Positions 38,426 to 48,590 of a stretch of 64,000 bases of DNA are shown piece after piece. Source of the stretch: Candidatus Ozemobacteraceae bacterium. GTDB lineage: Bacteria > Muiribacteriota > Ozemobacteria > Ozemobacterales > Ozemobacteraceae. How positions within the stretch are numbered: position 1 is the first letter of the stretch; each line of letters starts with the position of its first letter. Under the pieces are notes generated by a model. That model searched no databases. It saw only the letters and a program-made list of their open reading frames with translations, and had not been told where the DNA came from. The stretch spans positions 4,960,001 through 5,024,000 of the forward strand of contig OZ223236.1 of the NCBI GenBank assembly GCA_965140445.1, written 5' to 3'. A program made the translations under genes and the position numbers.

Positions 38426-41400
38426 TTACTTCAGGGCCTGTTTCTTTAAAATTAAAAACCAGCGGTTAAAAATTGCAAGGCAAGCCTCTATTCTACCAAT
38501 ATCAAGACTAGTATTTGCAATACTCAGTTTTGATGAAAGATTCACCAGGAATTCGGAATTGAATTCAACGCCCAGTCTATCGAAAATCAATGAAAGTTCT
38601 GCCACATCATCTATCGAGATTCCGCATTCAAGGGTTTCTAGCAGCGGTTTAACTTCAATACTAATTTTCCCGACCAATTCATAACATCCAGAAATTTCTT
38701 CATTGATACAAGCTTCTAATTCAGCTTTCCAGGCCAAAGGATCTTCGAAATCTTTGATTGTCTTTTTACAATCAAGAAATTTATTCAAAACTTTGTATAT
38801 CTTCACGGCTTCAACTGGCTTGTAAATTAAATCATCGAATATATCTGAATAGTTGACTGGGGACTCTCCCTTTATAGAAGCAGTTACAGCAACAATTGGA
38901 GTTTCATTATTTTTATCAAGTTTTCGAATTTTTAGTGCAGTTTGAACTCCATCCATTTCAGCCATTCTTATGTCCATTAATATCAAATCTGGCTTTTCTG
39001 CTTTATATTTCTCAATTGCTTCAAAACCGCTGGCGGCTAATATTGGAGTAATACTTACCGGTTTTAAAATTTCGCATAACACATCTCTATTATTTTTGAC
39101 ATCATCGACGACCAAAACTTTTTCATGATTAAATTCATATGCAGTATCTCTATCAACTCTGGAAATTTGTAAGTCCTCAATTTTATTAGAATACTTCACC
39201 CCAGGAAGAATTACCTTAAAATGGCTTCCTTTTCCAGGAGAGCTCTTAACCGAGATTTTTCCCCCAAGCAGATCAATCAAACGTCCGGTAATAGCCAATC
39301 CTAAGCCCGTTCCACCAAACTTTCTTGTATCATGCCCCTCATGCTGTTCGAACGGAGAAAAAATTCTTTCCTGCTGATCTTCCTCTATACCAATCCCAGT
39401 ATCAGAAACGGATATAACAAAATCCAAAGTTTCTTCAGTCTTGTTTTCCTCAGAAAATTCAATCTTTATCTCTCCGATCTCAGTAAATTTGACTGCATTA
39501 CCAACAAGATTCATTAGAATTTGTCTCAACCTTACCTCGTCACTAAACAAAACCTGGGGAAAATCATGATTAATCTTACAAATAAAGTCTATTTCTTTCT
39601 GTTCTGCTTTTAATTTAAAGATATTTTTTATTTCCTTAATCAATAATTCAGGACTCAAAGCAGATACATTAATCTTAAGCTTTCCAGCTTCAATTTTTGA
39701 AAGATCTAAAATATCATTTATTAATGTGAGCAGAGACTTTCCAGCAGAGCTAATTGCTGTGGCAAAATTAACCAGTCTTGCTTCCTTAAGCTGAGTTTCC
39801 ATTAAATTACTAAAACCAATTACAGCATTTAGCGGTGTTCTTATTTCATGTGACATATTGGCAAGAAATTCACTCTTAGCCATGTTAGCCTTTTCAGCAA
39901 TTTCCTTTGCCTTTTCTGCATCAATTCGTGCTTTCTTAACTTCCAACAAGCTTTTCTTTCTTTCCGTAACATCAGAAATAGTTTCGACACAGCCAATCAG
40001 AAAACCTTCAGAATCAAAAACAGGAGAAGCGTTCAGCTGATAGAACCCCCCTCTAAATTCCATTTCCTCACCAACCTGGCTGCCAATTGTAATTGCACCT
40101 TTGATTACATTCAAAAAAGCTTCATTTTCGCCCTTTAATAATTCCTTAAAGCTAAGTCCTTTTGGAATGTTCCTGTCAGAAATTCCTAGAATATTTTCAA
40201 ATCTAGCGTTTGCCCAAACAATTTTTAGTTCGTAATCAACGAAACAAATTCCATCCACAACATTGTCGAGAATAACTGACTTCTCTCGTTCCGAAGAAAT
40301 TAAAGCCAATTCATTGTCCTTTTTATCAGAAACGTCCTGCAAAGTACCAAAGAGTTGGATCAAATGACCTTTCTTATCAAACTCGGCCTTACCAAGATCG
40401 TGCACATATCTTTCGTCGCCATCTGGCAATAAAATCCTATGGCTCATTTCAAATGCAACGCCATCCTCTTTGGCCCGCTTCCATCTCTCATCATACTCTT
40501 CAAGTTCAGTCTCAGGTATTAACTCTCTTAAGCTAGAAGAGTTTGGAATAAACGTTTCAATTGGTTTCTGACAAATTCTGTATAGTTCTCTCGACCATTC
40601 AACTCTTCCAGTTCTAACATCGACAAACCAATGACCAATCTGACCCAACCTTTGAGCATCCTCAAGCAAAAGTTGATTTCTTCTTAGAAGCTCCTCAACC
40701 AGCTTGCGCTCATGAATATCCTGGTGGAGACCATGGATTTTTATTGGAGTGCCAGATTCGTCCCATTTGAAAATAGTGCCCTTGGTCATCATCCAACGCC
40801 AGCCGCTCTGTGTGTTAAATCTAAACTCGGCTTCATATTGCTCTTTCTGGCCGGTCAAATATTCTTCTCTGGCTTTAACAACCAAAAGTTGATCATCAGG
40901 ATGAATATGCTTCATTAAAAGATCAATTGGAAACTCTTTCCCTGTTCTATTTTCAAATCCAGTTAATTTGTACCATGAATCCGATGGCTCAAACTCACCA
41001 CTAAGGACATCTAAAGTCCAGCTTCCTGCGCCAGCAACGTCTAACGCAAGCTTTAATCTCTCGGCCTCGTTTCTTATGAGACGATCATAGGCTTTTCTTT
41101 CACTTATGTTTCTGGCGACAGAAATAATTCTCTTCTTATCACCAAAATCAACCAGTCTGGATACTATCTCATATGGCATAGCTCCAGATTTTCCGCACTG
41201 GAATTCTGTTTCAAAGAAACTTGGAATCTCGGTTTCCAAAAGCCTTTCAAAATTTTCCATCAATTCAGGAAACTTTCTTGGGCAAATTGCACTCCATCCC
41301 TTACTCTTTATAGTCTCAGAGCTCAAACCTAACTCAGTCTCTGCCAATTTATTAAACTCAATAATTTTGGTTTCACCATCCAATAACTCATGGAGAATTG

Positions 41401-43144
41401 CAATTTCAGGAAGACTCTCAAAGAGATTTTCAAATCTTTCCTTACTCTCTGCCAGCGCCTGCTTCATTTCCTGGGTATCAGTCACATCCTGGACAGAACC
41501 ATGAGTCCCCAGGGGCTTTCCTTTGCTGTCATAGTCGATACAAGTCACAGAAGTTAGCCACTTAAGATTATTTTGATAGGAAATTATTCGAAAATGATTT
41601 ACAAATTCACTCTGGCCTTTTTCGATTGCTTCATGCACTTTGGCGCGAAATTTTTCTCGGTCCTCGGGATGAATAAAATTGGTAAACTCCATTGCCGGAA
41701 CCGTTGTTTCTGTTGCAGAATCAAGAAAGATCCTTGACGCCTCAAGGGAGCCAAAATATTGGTTCGTTTCAAAATCGTGATAAAAGTACCCTATTTTTGC
41801 CAGTGATTGAACTTCAAGAAGTTTCTGTTCTCGCTCTTTTAGTTTTTTCTGAGCTTTTTTCTTTTCTGTAACATCTCTCACTATGCACAAAATGGATTCA
41901 TCCAACCAACTTTCCATAAAGTGTACGCTTAATTCTACGGAGATATTTCTTTTATTGTGGTTTTGAATTTCTGCTTCGAAAAAAACAAATTTATCATTCC
42001 TGATTTCTTCTAGAAAATTTCCTGGAAAGCCACGGTACATATCAAAAAGATTTTCGACTCGTAAATTTTCTAAAAGCTCTTCCCTTGAGCAGCCAATTAT
42101 ATTGCATGCGGCCTGATTCACTTCATAGAAAGGCTGGTCTTGAAGGACTTTATCTCTGACAACCAGCTTATGCAGAAAAACTCCATCTTTAAGCGTTTCC
42201 AAGAGCTGATAGAACCTTCGCTCCGAAATTTCTGCAATCTTGCTTGAGTCCCTGAAATCATTAAGCTCTTCAGCACTTTTCTCAAGTATTTTTTTGTATT
42301 CATAAAGTTTAAAATAGACAATGGTAAAAACCAGAATAAATAAAAAGAAAATGATTAAAATGCCCCATGAATTCCCATGCTTATGGTTAAGGAAAAATCT
42401 ACCTTTTAAATGTTGGTAAAAGGAATTTGGATCATGCTCCCAGATACCAATCCAATGATTAATTCTTTCGATAAACTCTTTACCTTTTAGACTTCCCGTA
42501 GATGCAATTGTATGAAAAAACCACTGTTCAAAGAATTCATTTTCTTCAAAAATCTTTGCATATTTATTACTATTAAAAGACAACTTGTTATCTAGAACAC
42601 AATCTATTTCACCATTAGCTAATGCGTCATATAGTTTTGGATACTCATCAAAACAAACTTCAACGAAATCAAATCCCAAATCTGCCATTTTTATCTTAAG
42701 AAGTTTCCCAAAAATGCACCCCGAAATTACACCGATACGTTTTCCAGCGATTTCATTAAAGCTTCCTATTTTGTGCCCAGGGGCAGTAATAAAAACGCTT
42801 TTGTTTGGAATTATTAGAAATCCTGCTTCAAAAATCTTCTCTTGGGTAGGCAAAAGCCCTCTTGAATAACCACAAATCAAATCCGTTTTGGGAGATATTC
42901 CATCAGAACTGCAACAAGAAAAGGGCTCAAACTCAAGAGAATAGGAATCCAACTTCGCAATTTCAGTTATTAACTCAATAAAAAAGCCTGAAGGCTGATT
43001 TTTTGAATCTTTATAGCAAAGGGGAAAAAGTTTTTCAGGATATCCAACGCTTATAGTTTTTGCTGAAAAAAGCGGAGATACAAAAAACAATAAGAAAGTA
43101 GTCAGCCAAAGAAAAATAAATTTTTGCGGAAAAATGGTTTTCAT
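38426..43144 (-). CDS. Large hybrid histidine kinase: periplasmic-binding-protein sensor, TM, about six PAS domains, HisKA, HATPase, REC
   Basis: FLANMSHEIRTPLN, NLVGNAVKFT, DTGIGI, GGTGLGL, DLILMDIRM. Six PAS ends (RDVTEKK, QDVTD, RNISERK, QDIHERK, QDVSDKK, SDVTERK). Confidence 0.9.
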   Translation of the reverse strand: MKTIFPQKFIFLWLTTFLLFFVSPLFSAKTISVGYPEKLFPLCYKDSKNQPSGFFIELITEIAKLDSYSLEFEPFSCCSSDGISPKTDLICGYSRGLLPTQEKIFEAGFLIIPNKSVFITAPGHKIGSFNEIAGKRIGVISGCIFGKLLKIKMADLGFDFVEVCFDEYPKLYDALANGEIDCVLDNKLSFNSNKYAKIFEENEFFEQWFFHTIASTGSLKGKEFIERINHWIGIWEHDPNSFYQHLKGRFFLNHKHGNSWGILIIFFLFILVFTIVYFKLYEYKKILEKSAEELNDFRDSSKIAEISERRFYQLLETLKDGVFLHKLVVRDKVLQDQPFYEVNQAACNIIGCSREELLENLRVENLFDMYRGFPGNFLEEIRNDKFVFFEAEIQNHNKRNISVELSVHFMESWLDESILCIVRDVTEKKKAQKKLKEREQKLLEVQSLAKIGYFYHDFETNQYFGSLEASRIFLDSATETTVPAMEFTNFIHPEDREKFRAKVHEAIEKGQSEFVNHFRIISYQNNLKWLTSVTCIDYDSKGKPLGTHGSVQDVTDTQEMKQALAESKERFENLFESLPEIAILHELLDGETKIIEFNKLAETELGLSSETIKSKGWSAICPRKFPELMENFERLLETEIPSFFETEFQCGKSGAMPYEIVSRLVDFGDKKRIISVARNISERKAYDRLIRNEAERLKLALDVAGAGSWTLDVLSGEFEPSDSWYKLTGFENRTGKEFPIDLLMKHIHPDDQLLVVKAREEYLTGQKEQYEAEFRFNTQSGWRWMMTKGTIFKWDESGTPIKIHGLHQDIHERKLVEELLRRNQLLLEDAQRLGQIGHWFVDVRTGRVEWSRELYRICQKPIETFIPNSSSLRELIPETELEEYDERWKRAKEDGVAFEMSHRILLPDGDERYVHDLGKAEFDKKGHLIQLFGTLQDVSDKKDNELALISSEREKSVILDNVVDGICFVDYELKIVWANARFENILGISDRNIPKGLSFKELLKGENEAFLNVIKGAITIGSQVGEEMEFRGGFYQLNASPVFDSEGFLIGCVETISDVTERKKSLLEVKKARIDAEKAKEIAEKANMAKSEFLANMSHEIRTPLNAVIGFSNLMETQLKEARLVNFATAISSAGKSLLTLINDILDLSKIEAGKLKINVSALSPELLIKEIKNIFKLKAEQKEIDFICKINHDFPQVLFSDEVRLRQILMNLVGNAVKFTEIGEIKIEFSEENKTEETLDFVISVSDTGIGIEEDQQERIFSPFEQHEGHDTRKFGGTGLGLAITGRLIDLLGGKISVKSSPGKGSHFKVILPGVKYSNKIEDLQISRVDRDTAYEFNHEKVLVVDDVKNNRDVLCEILKPVSITPILAASGFEAIEKYKAEKPDLILMDIRMAEMDGVQTALKIRKLDKNNETPIVAVTASIKGESPVNYSDIFDDLIYKPVEAVKIYKVLNKFLDCKKTIKDFEDPLAWKAELEACINEEISGCYELVGKISIEVKPLLETLECGISIDDVAELSLIFDRLGVEFNSEFLVNLSSKLSIANTSLDIGRIEACLAIFNRWFLILKKQALK

Positions 43145-43149
43145 CTTAT

Positions 43150-43872
43150 CTAATCCCTGCCGCAATCATACCATAGAAAACAAAAAGTCTTAAATCTCAC
43201 CGCAATAGGAAACATAGTAAAAATAATAGCTGTTAAAAATAAAAGAGAGTGTAATTCGCTCTTTCTTGCTGAAGTAAGCACTTTTATCTCTGGGAATATT
43301 TTAAAAACCTGTTTATTCTTTCTACCCAGCTTTTTCAACTTTTTCGAAAGGTCGATTTCTTCTGAAGCAAAAAGATTTTCATTGAAACCTCCAACTTCAT
43401 TAAAAGCCTTTTTATCGGCAAAAATAAAGCAACCTGCTGCAAATGAAAAAGAAGTGGAAATCATTTTCCAAAAAGCTAGTGATGCATTAAAAAGATAATT
43501 CTTTGCAACATCAAATTCTGGAAGAACTCCCCCCCCGCAGACCTTACCCCTGGCCAGAATGGGTAGTAATTTTTTAAAAATATCTATTGGAACAACCGTG
43601 TCAGCATCTGTAAAAAATAAAAAATTTCCTTTTGCTCTATTTGCACCTGCATTTCTTGCTTTTGCAATCTGCCTTTTTTCCTCAAAAACGACTGTCGCTC
43701 CATAATCTCTTGCGATTTGTGCTGTTTTGTCCGTTGAATTATTGTCCACAACAATAAGCTCCCCCGAAAACTTTGCATTTGCAATAGCTTTATTTAGGGA
43801 AGACAAGGTCTTTGCAATCAGTTTTTCCTCGTTATAGGCAGGTACAATTACTGAGAAATAAGTGTTTTCCAT
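43150..43872 (-). CDS. Family 2 glycosyltransferase
   Basis: SVIVPAYNEE, VVDNNSTD, ARNAGA, FTDAD, GGFNE..ASEE, TSARK. Confidence 0.9.
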   Translation of the reverse strand: MENTYFSVIVPAYNEEKLIAKTLSSLNKAIANAKFSGELIVVDNNSTDKTAQIARDYGATVVFEEKRQIAKARNAGANRAKGNFLFFTDADTVVPIDIFKKLLPILARGKVCGGGVLPEFDVAKNYLFNASLAFWKMISTSFSFAAGCFIFADKKAFNEVGGFNENLFASEEIDLSKKLKKLGRKNKQVFKIFPEIKVLTSARKSELHSLLFLTAIIFTMFPIAVRFKTFCFLWYDCGRD

Positions 43873-43967
43873 AATCACCGCATTAATTTTGTAAAACCAT
43901 AAAAAAGCATCCAACTCAAGCTCATATCATATCAGCTTATGAGTATAGCAACAACTTCTGAGAAAAT

Positions 43968-44019
43968 TTGACAACGATACAATAAAAAACTACAATTATG
44001 ACCGACCGGTCGGTCATAA
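43968..44019 (+). promoter_or_regulatory. Promoter plus perfect 24-bp TetR operator
   Basis: TTGACA-N17-TACAAT, immediately followed by TTATGACCGACC|GGTCGGTCATAA (43996-44019). Confidence 0.85.
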
Positions 44020-44043
44020 AAAACATAAAGAAAGAGCAATCAG

Positions 44044-44676
44044 ATGTCTCCCAAAATAGTTAATAAAACTAAGAAACGAGAAGAAATTGCAAATGTAGCT
44101 ATAGAAACCTTTGCAGAAAACGGATTTGAATCCACATCCATGAACTTGATTGCATCCAGAGCTGGAATAGGGAAAGGAACTCTTTACCAGTATTTTAAAT
44201 CACGGGAAGAGCTTATTTTCACAGCAATTGAAGTTTGCTTAAGTAATCATTCCAAAAATTTACACAAAAATCTTGCAGGAAAAGGAAATTGTAGAAAAAA
44301 ACTCTTCGATGCAGTCTGCAGCTTTGTTGAATACTTTTTTGAGAACCATGTTTCACAAGGCTTTCTCATACAATCAACCCATTTATTATCAAGGACAATT
44401 TATCACGACAGAGTAATAAAGCAGTTCTCTGAATATAGGGAAAGATTTAGAAGCACAATTGCACAGCATATAGAAAAAGGATGTGCATCAGGAGAGTTTA
44501 ACAAGCTTTCAGAAGAAGAAATTTATCTTCACTCCATGAATTTAGTCAGTTTTGCAGACGGCTTATTTAGCACCTGTCTATTACTCGGATCAAAAAACCA
44601 ACTTAAAAATTTTTGCGAAGCCTTTTTGAATTCCCTATTTGCGTATATAGCAAATAATACGAAGGAGAAAAAATGA
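44044..44676 (+). CDS. TetR/AcrR-family regulator
   Basis: MSPKIV..KREEI, GFESTSM..IA.RAGIGKGTLYQYFKSREEL. Confidence 0.92.
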   Translation: MSPKIVNKTKKREEIANVAIETFAENGFESTSMNLIASRAGIGKGTLYQYFKSREELIFTAIEVCLSNHSKNLHKNLAGKGNCRKKLFDAVCSFVEYFFENHVSQGFLIQSTHLLSRTIYHDRVIKQFSEYRERFRSTIAQHIEKGCASGEFNKLSEEEIYLHSMNLVSFADGLFSTCLLLGSKNQLKNFCEAFLNSLFAYIANNTKEKK

Positions 44677-45425
44677 AAAATTATTTTATGGGATTATGCC
44701 TTTTAATTTCGACATTTTGGTGTTTTTCGGCAACTGCTCAAACAGCATCTCAGACAATGAATCCGATTGAGCTTGTAAGAAAGATTGAAACACAATATCA
44801 AGGAAAGACATCTCATGGCAAAACCAGAATGTCTATAAAAACCAGCAACTGGGCAAGAACCCTTGAAATGGAAAGCTGGTCTGAAGGTAGAGAAAGCTTT
44901 TTAACCAAAATTCTTTCTCCAAGAAAAGAAAAGGGAACATGCACCCTAAAAGTCGAAAATAACATTTGGAACTACCTTCCCAAAATTGATCGCATGATTA
45001 AAATTCCTTCCAGTTTAATGGGAGATTCGTGGATGGGCAGTCATCTTACCAATGATGATCTGGTTAAAGAAAATAAAATTGATGAACTATATGAACTCAA
45101 TTTCTCTAATATCAGTTCAGAAAGCGCTGAAATAGTAGGAATTCCTAAGAAAGATGCTGCAGTAGTCTGGGGAAAAATACTCTACAAAATTGATCTGATA
45201 AAAATGATTCCAATTCAAACAGATTATTTTGACGAAGAAGGCGAAAAGGTAAGAACAATAAGCTTTTCCGATGTTGAAAAAATTAATGGAAGATGGCTTC
45301 CAAAAAGAATGCGAATAACTCCCATTGAAAAGCCTGGCGAATACACAGAAATGCTCTACCTGAATATTGAGTTTGATGTAAAAATCTCCAAAGGCCTGTT
45401 TTCAATAAAATCCTTGAGAAAGTAA
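44673..45425 (+). CDS. LolA-like 'outer membrane lipoprotein-sorting' periplasmic protein
   Basis: Signal peptide, SPRKEKG..LK...IWNYLP, SWMGSHLTNDDL, FSIKSL. Confidence 0.8.
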   Translation: MKNYFMGLCLLISTFWCFSATAQTASQTMNPIELVRKIETQYQGKTSHGKTRMSIKTSNWARTLEMESWSEGRESFLTKILSPRKEKGTCTLKVENNIWNYLPKIDRMIKIPSSLMGDSWMGSHLTNDDLVKENKIDELYELNFSNISSESAEIVGIPKKDAAVVWGKILYKIDLIKMIPIQTDYFDEEGEKVRTISFSDVEKINGRWLPKRMRITPIEKPGEYTEMLYLNIEFDVKISKGLFSIKSLRK

Positions 45426-45427
45426 AA

Positions 45428-46654
45428 ATGATAATTCTAAAACTAGCATATCGAAATCTCTGGCGGAATAAGCGTAGAACACAACTGACCATGGGAGCTA
45501 TGATTTTTGCGTGCTCACTTTTGGTTTTTTCCTTAGGATACTATGATGGAATCTTATGGAATCTTATCAACAATGCAACCGAAAAAGAGAATGGCCATAT
45601 CACTATTGCTGCAAAAAGCTACATTGAAAATCCAACCTTAAATCTGACTATTCCTCAGAATACATCTTTGCCTCCAATAATTGAAAAAGACCTTAAGGGT
45701 ATTTGCCCCAGAATCAACGTTTTTGGACTTTTGAGCAAAAATTCAGAAGGAAAAAGTAGAACTCAGCCGACCCAGATACTTGGGGTTGATCCAGAAAAAG
45801 AGAAAAAATGCAGCAGGCTAAGCAAAAGTATAATTCAAGGCAGCTTTCTTGGAGTTGCTTCAAATTCTGTAATTTTGGGTAAAGGGTTAGCTCAAAAACT
45901 TGAAGCAAAGATTGGCGATGAGATAATACTTATGAGTAGCGCAGCTGACGGATCAATGGTTTCAGAATTGCTCACCTTAAAAGGAATTTTTGACACTGAA
46001 GATCCCTTGAGAGATTCCTCTCTAGCAATTATTAATATTAAATCCGCGCAAACTCTTTTTGCTTTGGAGACCAAAATTCATTCTCTCCGCCTGTTTGTTA
46101 AGAATCCTCTCCAATCAAAGATAATTGCAAAAAAAATTGCCAATCTTTCCCCAAAGCTTGAAGCAACGCCGTGGAATACTATGTTCCCACAAATTTCAAA
46201 CGGATTGGAAATATGGTTTTCCATGCAGGTCTTTACTACGATAATTTACTATTCAGCGGTTTTGCTAATCACTTTTAACACAATGTATATGGCATTTTTG
46301 GAAAGACTTAGAGAATTTGCAATTATCGGAGCAATTGGACTTACAAAGGTCAGACTTGCGGGATTAATAGTTTCAGAAAGTTGCATGATTGCCACAACTT
46401 CAGCATTTATAGGAAGTTTAATAGGATTAGTATTAAATTTCACTCTTCATTCCTACCCAATACCGATGGATAGATGGATGTCCAGCATTTCATGGGGGGG
46501 CTCAAACCTTGCTCCAGAGATTTTTTGTGTGCCATCAATTATGAATACACTTTTACCATTCCTTTCAATGATAGCTCTAGGCTTTATTGTTGCAGCATTA
46601 CCAGCCTGGAAGCTTTTCAGATTAAAACCTGTAGAAGCTTTAAGGGAGGTGTAA
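45428..46654 (+). CDS. ABC permease, LolC/E-MacB-FtsX family
   Basis: LAYRNLWRNKRRT, ERLREFAII.AIG, PVEALR. Confidence 0.88.
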   Translation: MIILKLAYRNLWRNKRRTQLTMGAMIFACSLLVFSLGYYDGILWNLINNATEKENGHITIAAKSYIENPTLNLTIPQNTSLPPIIEKDLKGICPRINVFGLLSKNSEGKSRTQPTQILGVDPEKEKKCSRLSKSIIQGSFLGVASNSVILGKGLAQKLEAKIGDEIILMSSAADGSMVSELLTLKGIFDTEDPLRDSSLAIINIKSAQTLFALETKIHSLRLFVKNPLQSKIIAKKIANLSPKLEATPWNTMFPQISNGLEIWFSMQVFTTIIYYSAVLLITFNTMYMAFLERLREFAIIGAIGLTKVRLAGLIVSESCMIATTSAFIGSLIGLVLNFTLHSYPIPMDRWMSSISWGGSNLAPEIFCVPSIMNTLLPFLSMIALGFIVAALPAWKLFRLKPVEALREV

Positions 46655-46656
46655 CA

Positions 46657-47895
46657 ATGCTTTGGATACAATTGGCCTGGAGAAATCTTTGGCGAAACAG
46701 TGCTAGAACCATTGTGCAACTTGCAGTTATAGCTGGAAGCCTTTTCTTTTCAATCTGGATGAATAACATTGCGGTCGGTTCTTACGATAAAATGATTGAA
46801 GATGCTGTAAAAATGGGAAGTGGCCATATTTCTTTTCATTTTCCAGGATATATTACAGAAAGAAAAACTGATATGATCTTCAACCTCAATGAAGCCCAGC
46901 AGCTTATAAAAGGCCTGGATCAAGTAAAAAAAACGATGCCAAGACTTCTTATACCAGCGTTAGCGAGGAGCAGCAGAGATAATAAGTCATCAATGGTTAT
47001 GGGAATCGATTTTGAAAAAGAAATAGATACAAACCCCATTTTACAACCATCAAAACTCGTCAGTGGTGAAATTCCTCCTTACTCTAAAACAAACAGAGCT
47101 TTCCTGGGGGCAAAATTAGCTAAGATTCTAAGTTTAAAAGTTGGCCAAAAGTTTGTTTTAATGTTCCAGGACTTAAACGGAGAAATTGCCTCAAAGCTTT
47201 TTCGTGTTGGGGGAACTTTTAAAAGCGGTATTTCACAACTGGACTCATCTACTATAATGGTAGACAGAAAATCCATTGCCAAGACATTTGGCAATTCAGA
47301 GGCAGTTCATGAACTAGCTATTTTGCTAAAATCAAAAAAGCATTTACAAAAAATCGTAGATTCAATTTCTGCCAAAATAAAAGATCCAAAAAAACTGGGC
47401 ATTTATTCGTGGAATGAAACAATGAAACAAGTTGCTGATGCCATGAAAATGGATCATGCGCAGTTCAAAATTATGGTTATTATGCTTTATGTGCTTGTTG
47501 GAGTCGGAACGGTAAACTTGATGCTCATGAGTGTGCTTGAAAGAACCAGAGAATTTGGCCTACTTCGCGCTATCGGCTTAGATAAAAAGCAAATAAAAAA
47601 AGTCGTTAAAATCGAAGCAGCGCTTTTGGGAATGTTTGGTACATTTATCGGCTTTACGTTAGCCACAATCAGCAGTGCGTATTCATGGCATTATGGTTTG
47701 GATTTTACTGCCCTGGTCGGCGGCGATCAGGAAATGGCGGGAATGCTTTTTACACCAATAATTCATAGTGCATGGGACATTCCATGGATGATTGGACTTT
47801 CAATATCTATGATGATAATCGTTTTTCTTGCTTCAATATACCCTTCAAACAAAGCTTTAAAGGCCAATCCTGCTGAAGCAATGCGTAAATACTAA
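46657..47895 (+). CDS. Second ABC permease, LolC/E-MacB-FtsX family
   Basis: MLWIQLAWRNLWRN after GGAGG, ERTREFGLLRAIG, PAEAMR. Confidence 0.88.
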   Translation: MLWIQLAWRNLWRNSARTIVQLAVIAGSLFFSIWMNNIAVGSYDKMIEDAVKMGSGHISFHFPGYITERKTDMIFNLNEAQQLIKGLDQVKKTMPRLLIPALARSSRDNKSSMVMGIDFEKEIDTNPILQPSKLVSGEIPPYSKTNRAFLGAKLAKILSLKVGQKFVLMFQDLNGEIASKLFRVGGTFKSGISQLDSSTIMVDRKSIAKTFGNSEAVHELAILLKSKKHLQKIVDSISAKIKDPKKLGIYSWNETMKQVADAMKMDHAQFKIMVIMLYVLVGVGTVNLMLMSVLERTREFGLLRAIGLDKKQIKKVVKIEAALLGMFGTFIGFTLATISSAYSWHYGLDFTALVGGDQEMAGMLFTPIIHSAWDIPWMIGLSISMMIIVFLASIYPSNKALKANPAEAMRKY

Positions 47896-48590
47896 TGGAG
47901 ACTGAAATGGAAATTGTAAAACTTAAATCTGTATCAAGGCACTACAAATCTGGGAGCTTAACAGTTAAGGCAGTTGATAACCTTGATCTTGAAATAGAAA
48001 GAGGCGAATTTACAGTTTTAGCAGGTCCATCTGGCAGTGGTAAAACTACCTTACTTAATATGATTGGAGGTCTGGACCGCTCAACTAGTGGAGAAATTCA
48101 TCTTGACGGAGATATTCTAAACAATATGTCCGACGATCAGCTTACACATGAAAGATTAAAAAAAATTGGTTTTGTATTCCAGGCTTATAACCTGATTCCA
48201 GTATTAAGCGCATACGAAAATGTTCAGTTTATTTTGCAGATTCAAGGAATACCAGAAAAAGATCACAAAGACAGAATTATGCCAATTCTTGAAGAATTGG
48301 GGCTACAGGGAATGGAAGATAGAAGGCCTCAAGAGCTCAGTGGTGGACAACAACAAAGGGTAGCTGTAGCCAGAGCAATTGTTGGTGATCCTGCTATTAT
48401 TCTAGCGGATGAGCCTACAGCGAATCTTGATTCAGAATCTGCAGTAAATTTACTTAACTTAATGAAAAGGTTAAATGAAGATAAAAAAGTAACATTTCTA
48501 TTCAGCTCCCATGACCAAAAAGTTATTGATATAGCAAGAAGAGTAATCCACTTAAGAGATGGAAAAATTCAGCACGATGAAAAGCGATAA
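47895..48590 (+). CDS. ABC ATPase, LolD/MacB-like
   Basis: GPSGSGKT, GFVFQAYNL, LSGGQQQRVAVARA, ILADEPTANLD, SSHD. Confidence 0.93.
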   Translation: METEMEIVKLKSVSRHYKSGSLTVKAVDNLDLEIERGEFTVLAGPSGSGKTTLLNMIGGLDRSTSGEIHLDGDILNNMSDDQLTHERLKKIGFVFQAYNLIPVLSAYENVQFILQIQGIPEKDHKDRIMPILEELGLQGMEDRRPQELSGGQQQRVAVARAIVGDPAIILADEPTANLDSESAVNLLNLMKRLNEDKKVTFLFSSHDQKVIDIARRVIHLRDGKIQHDEKR

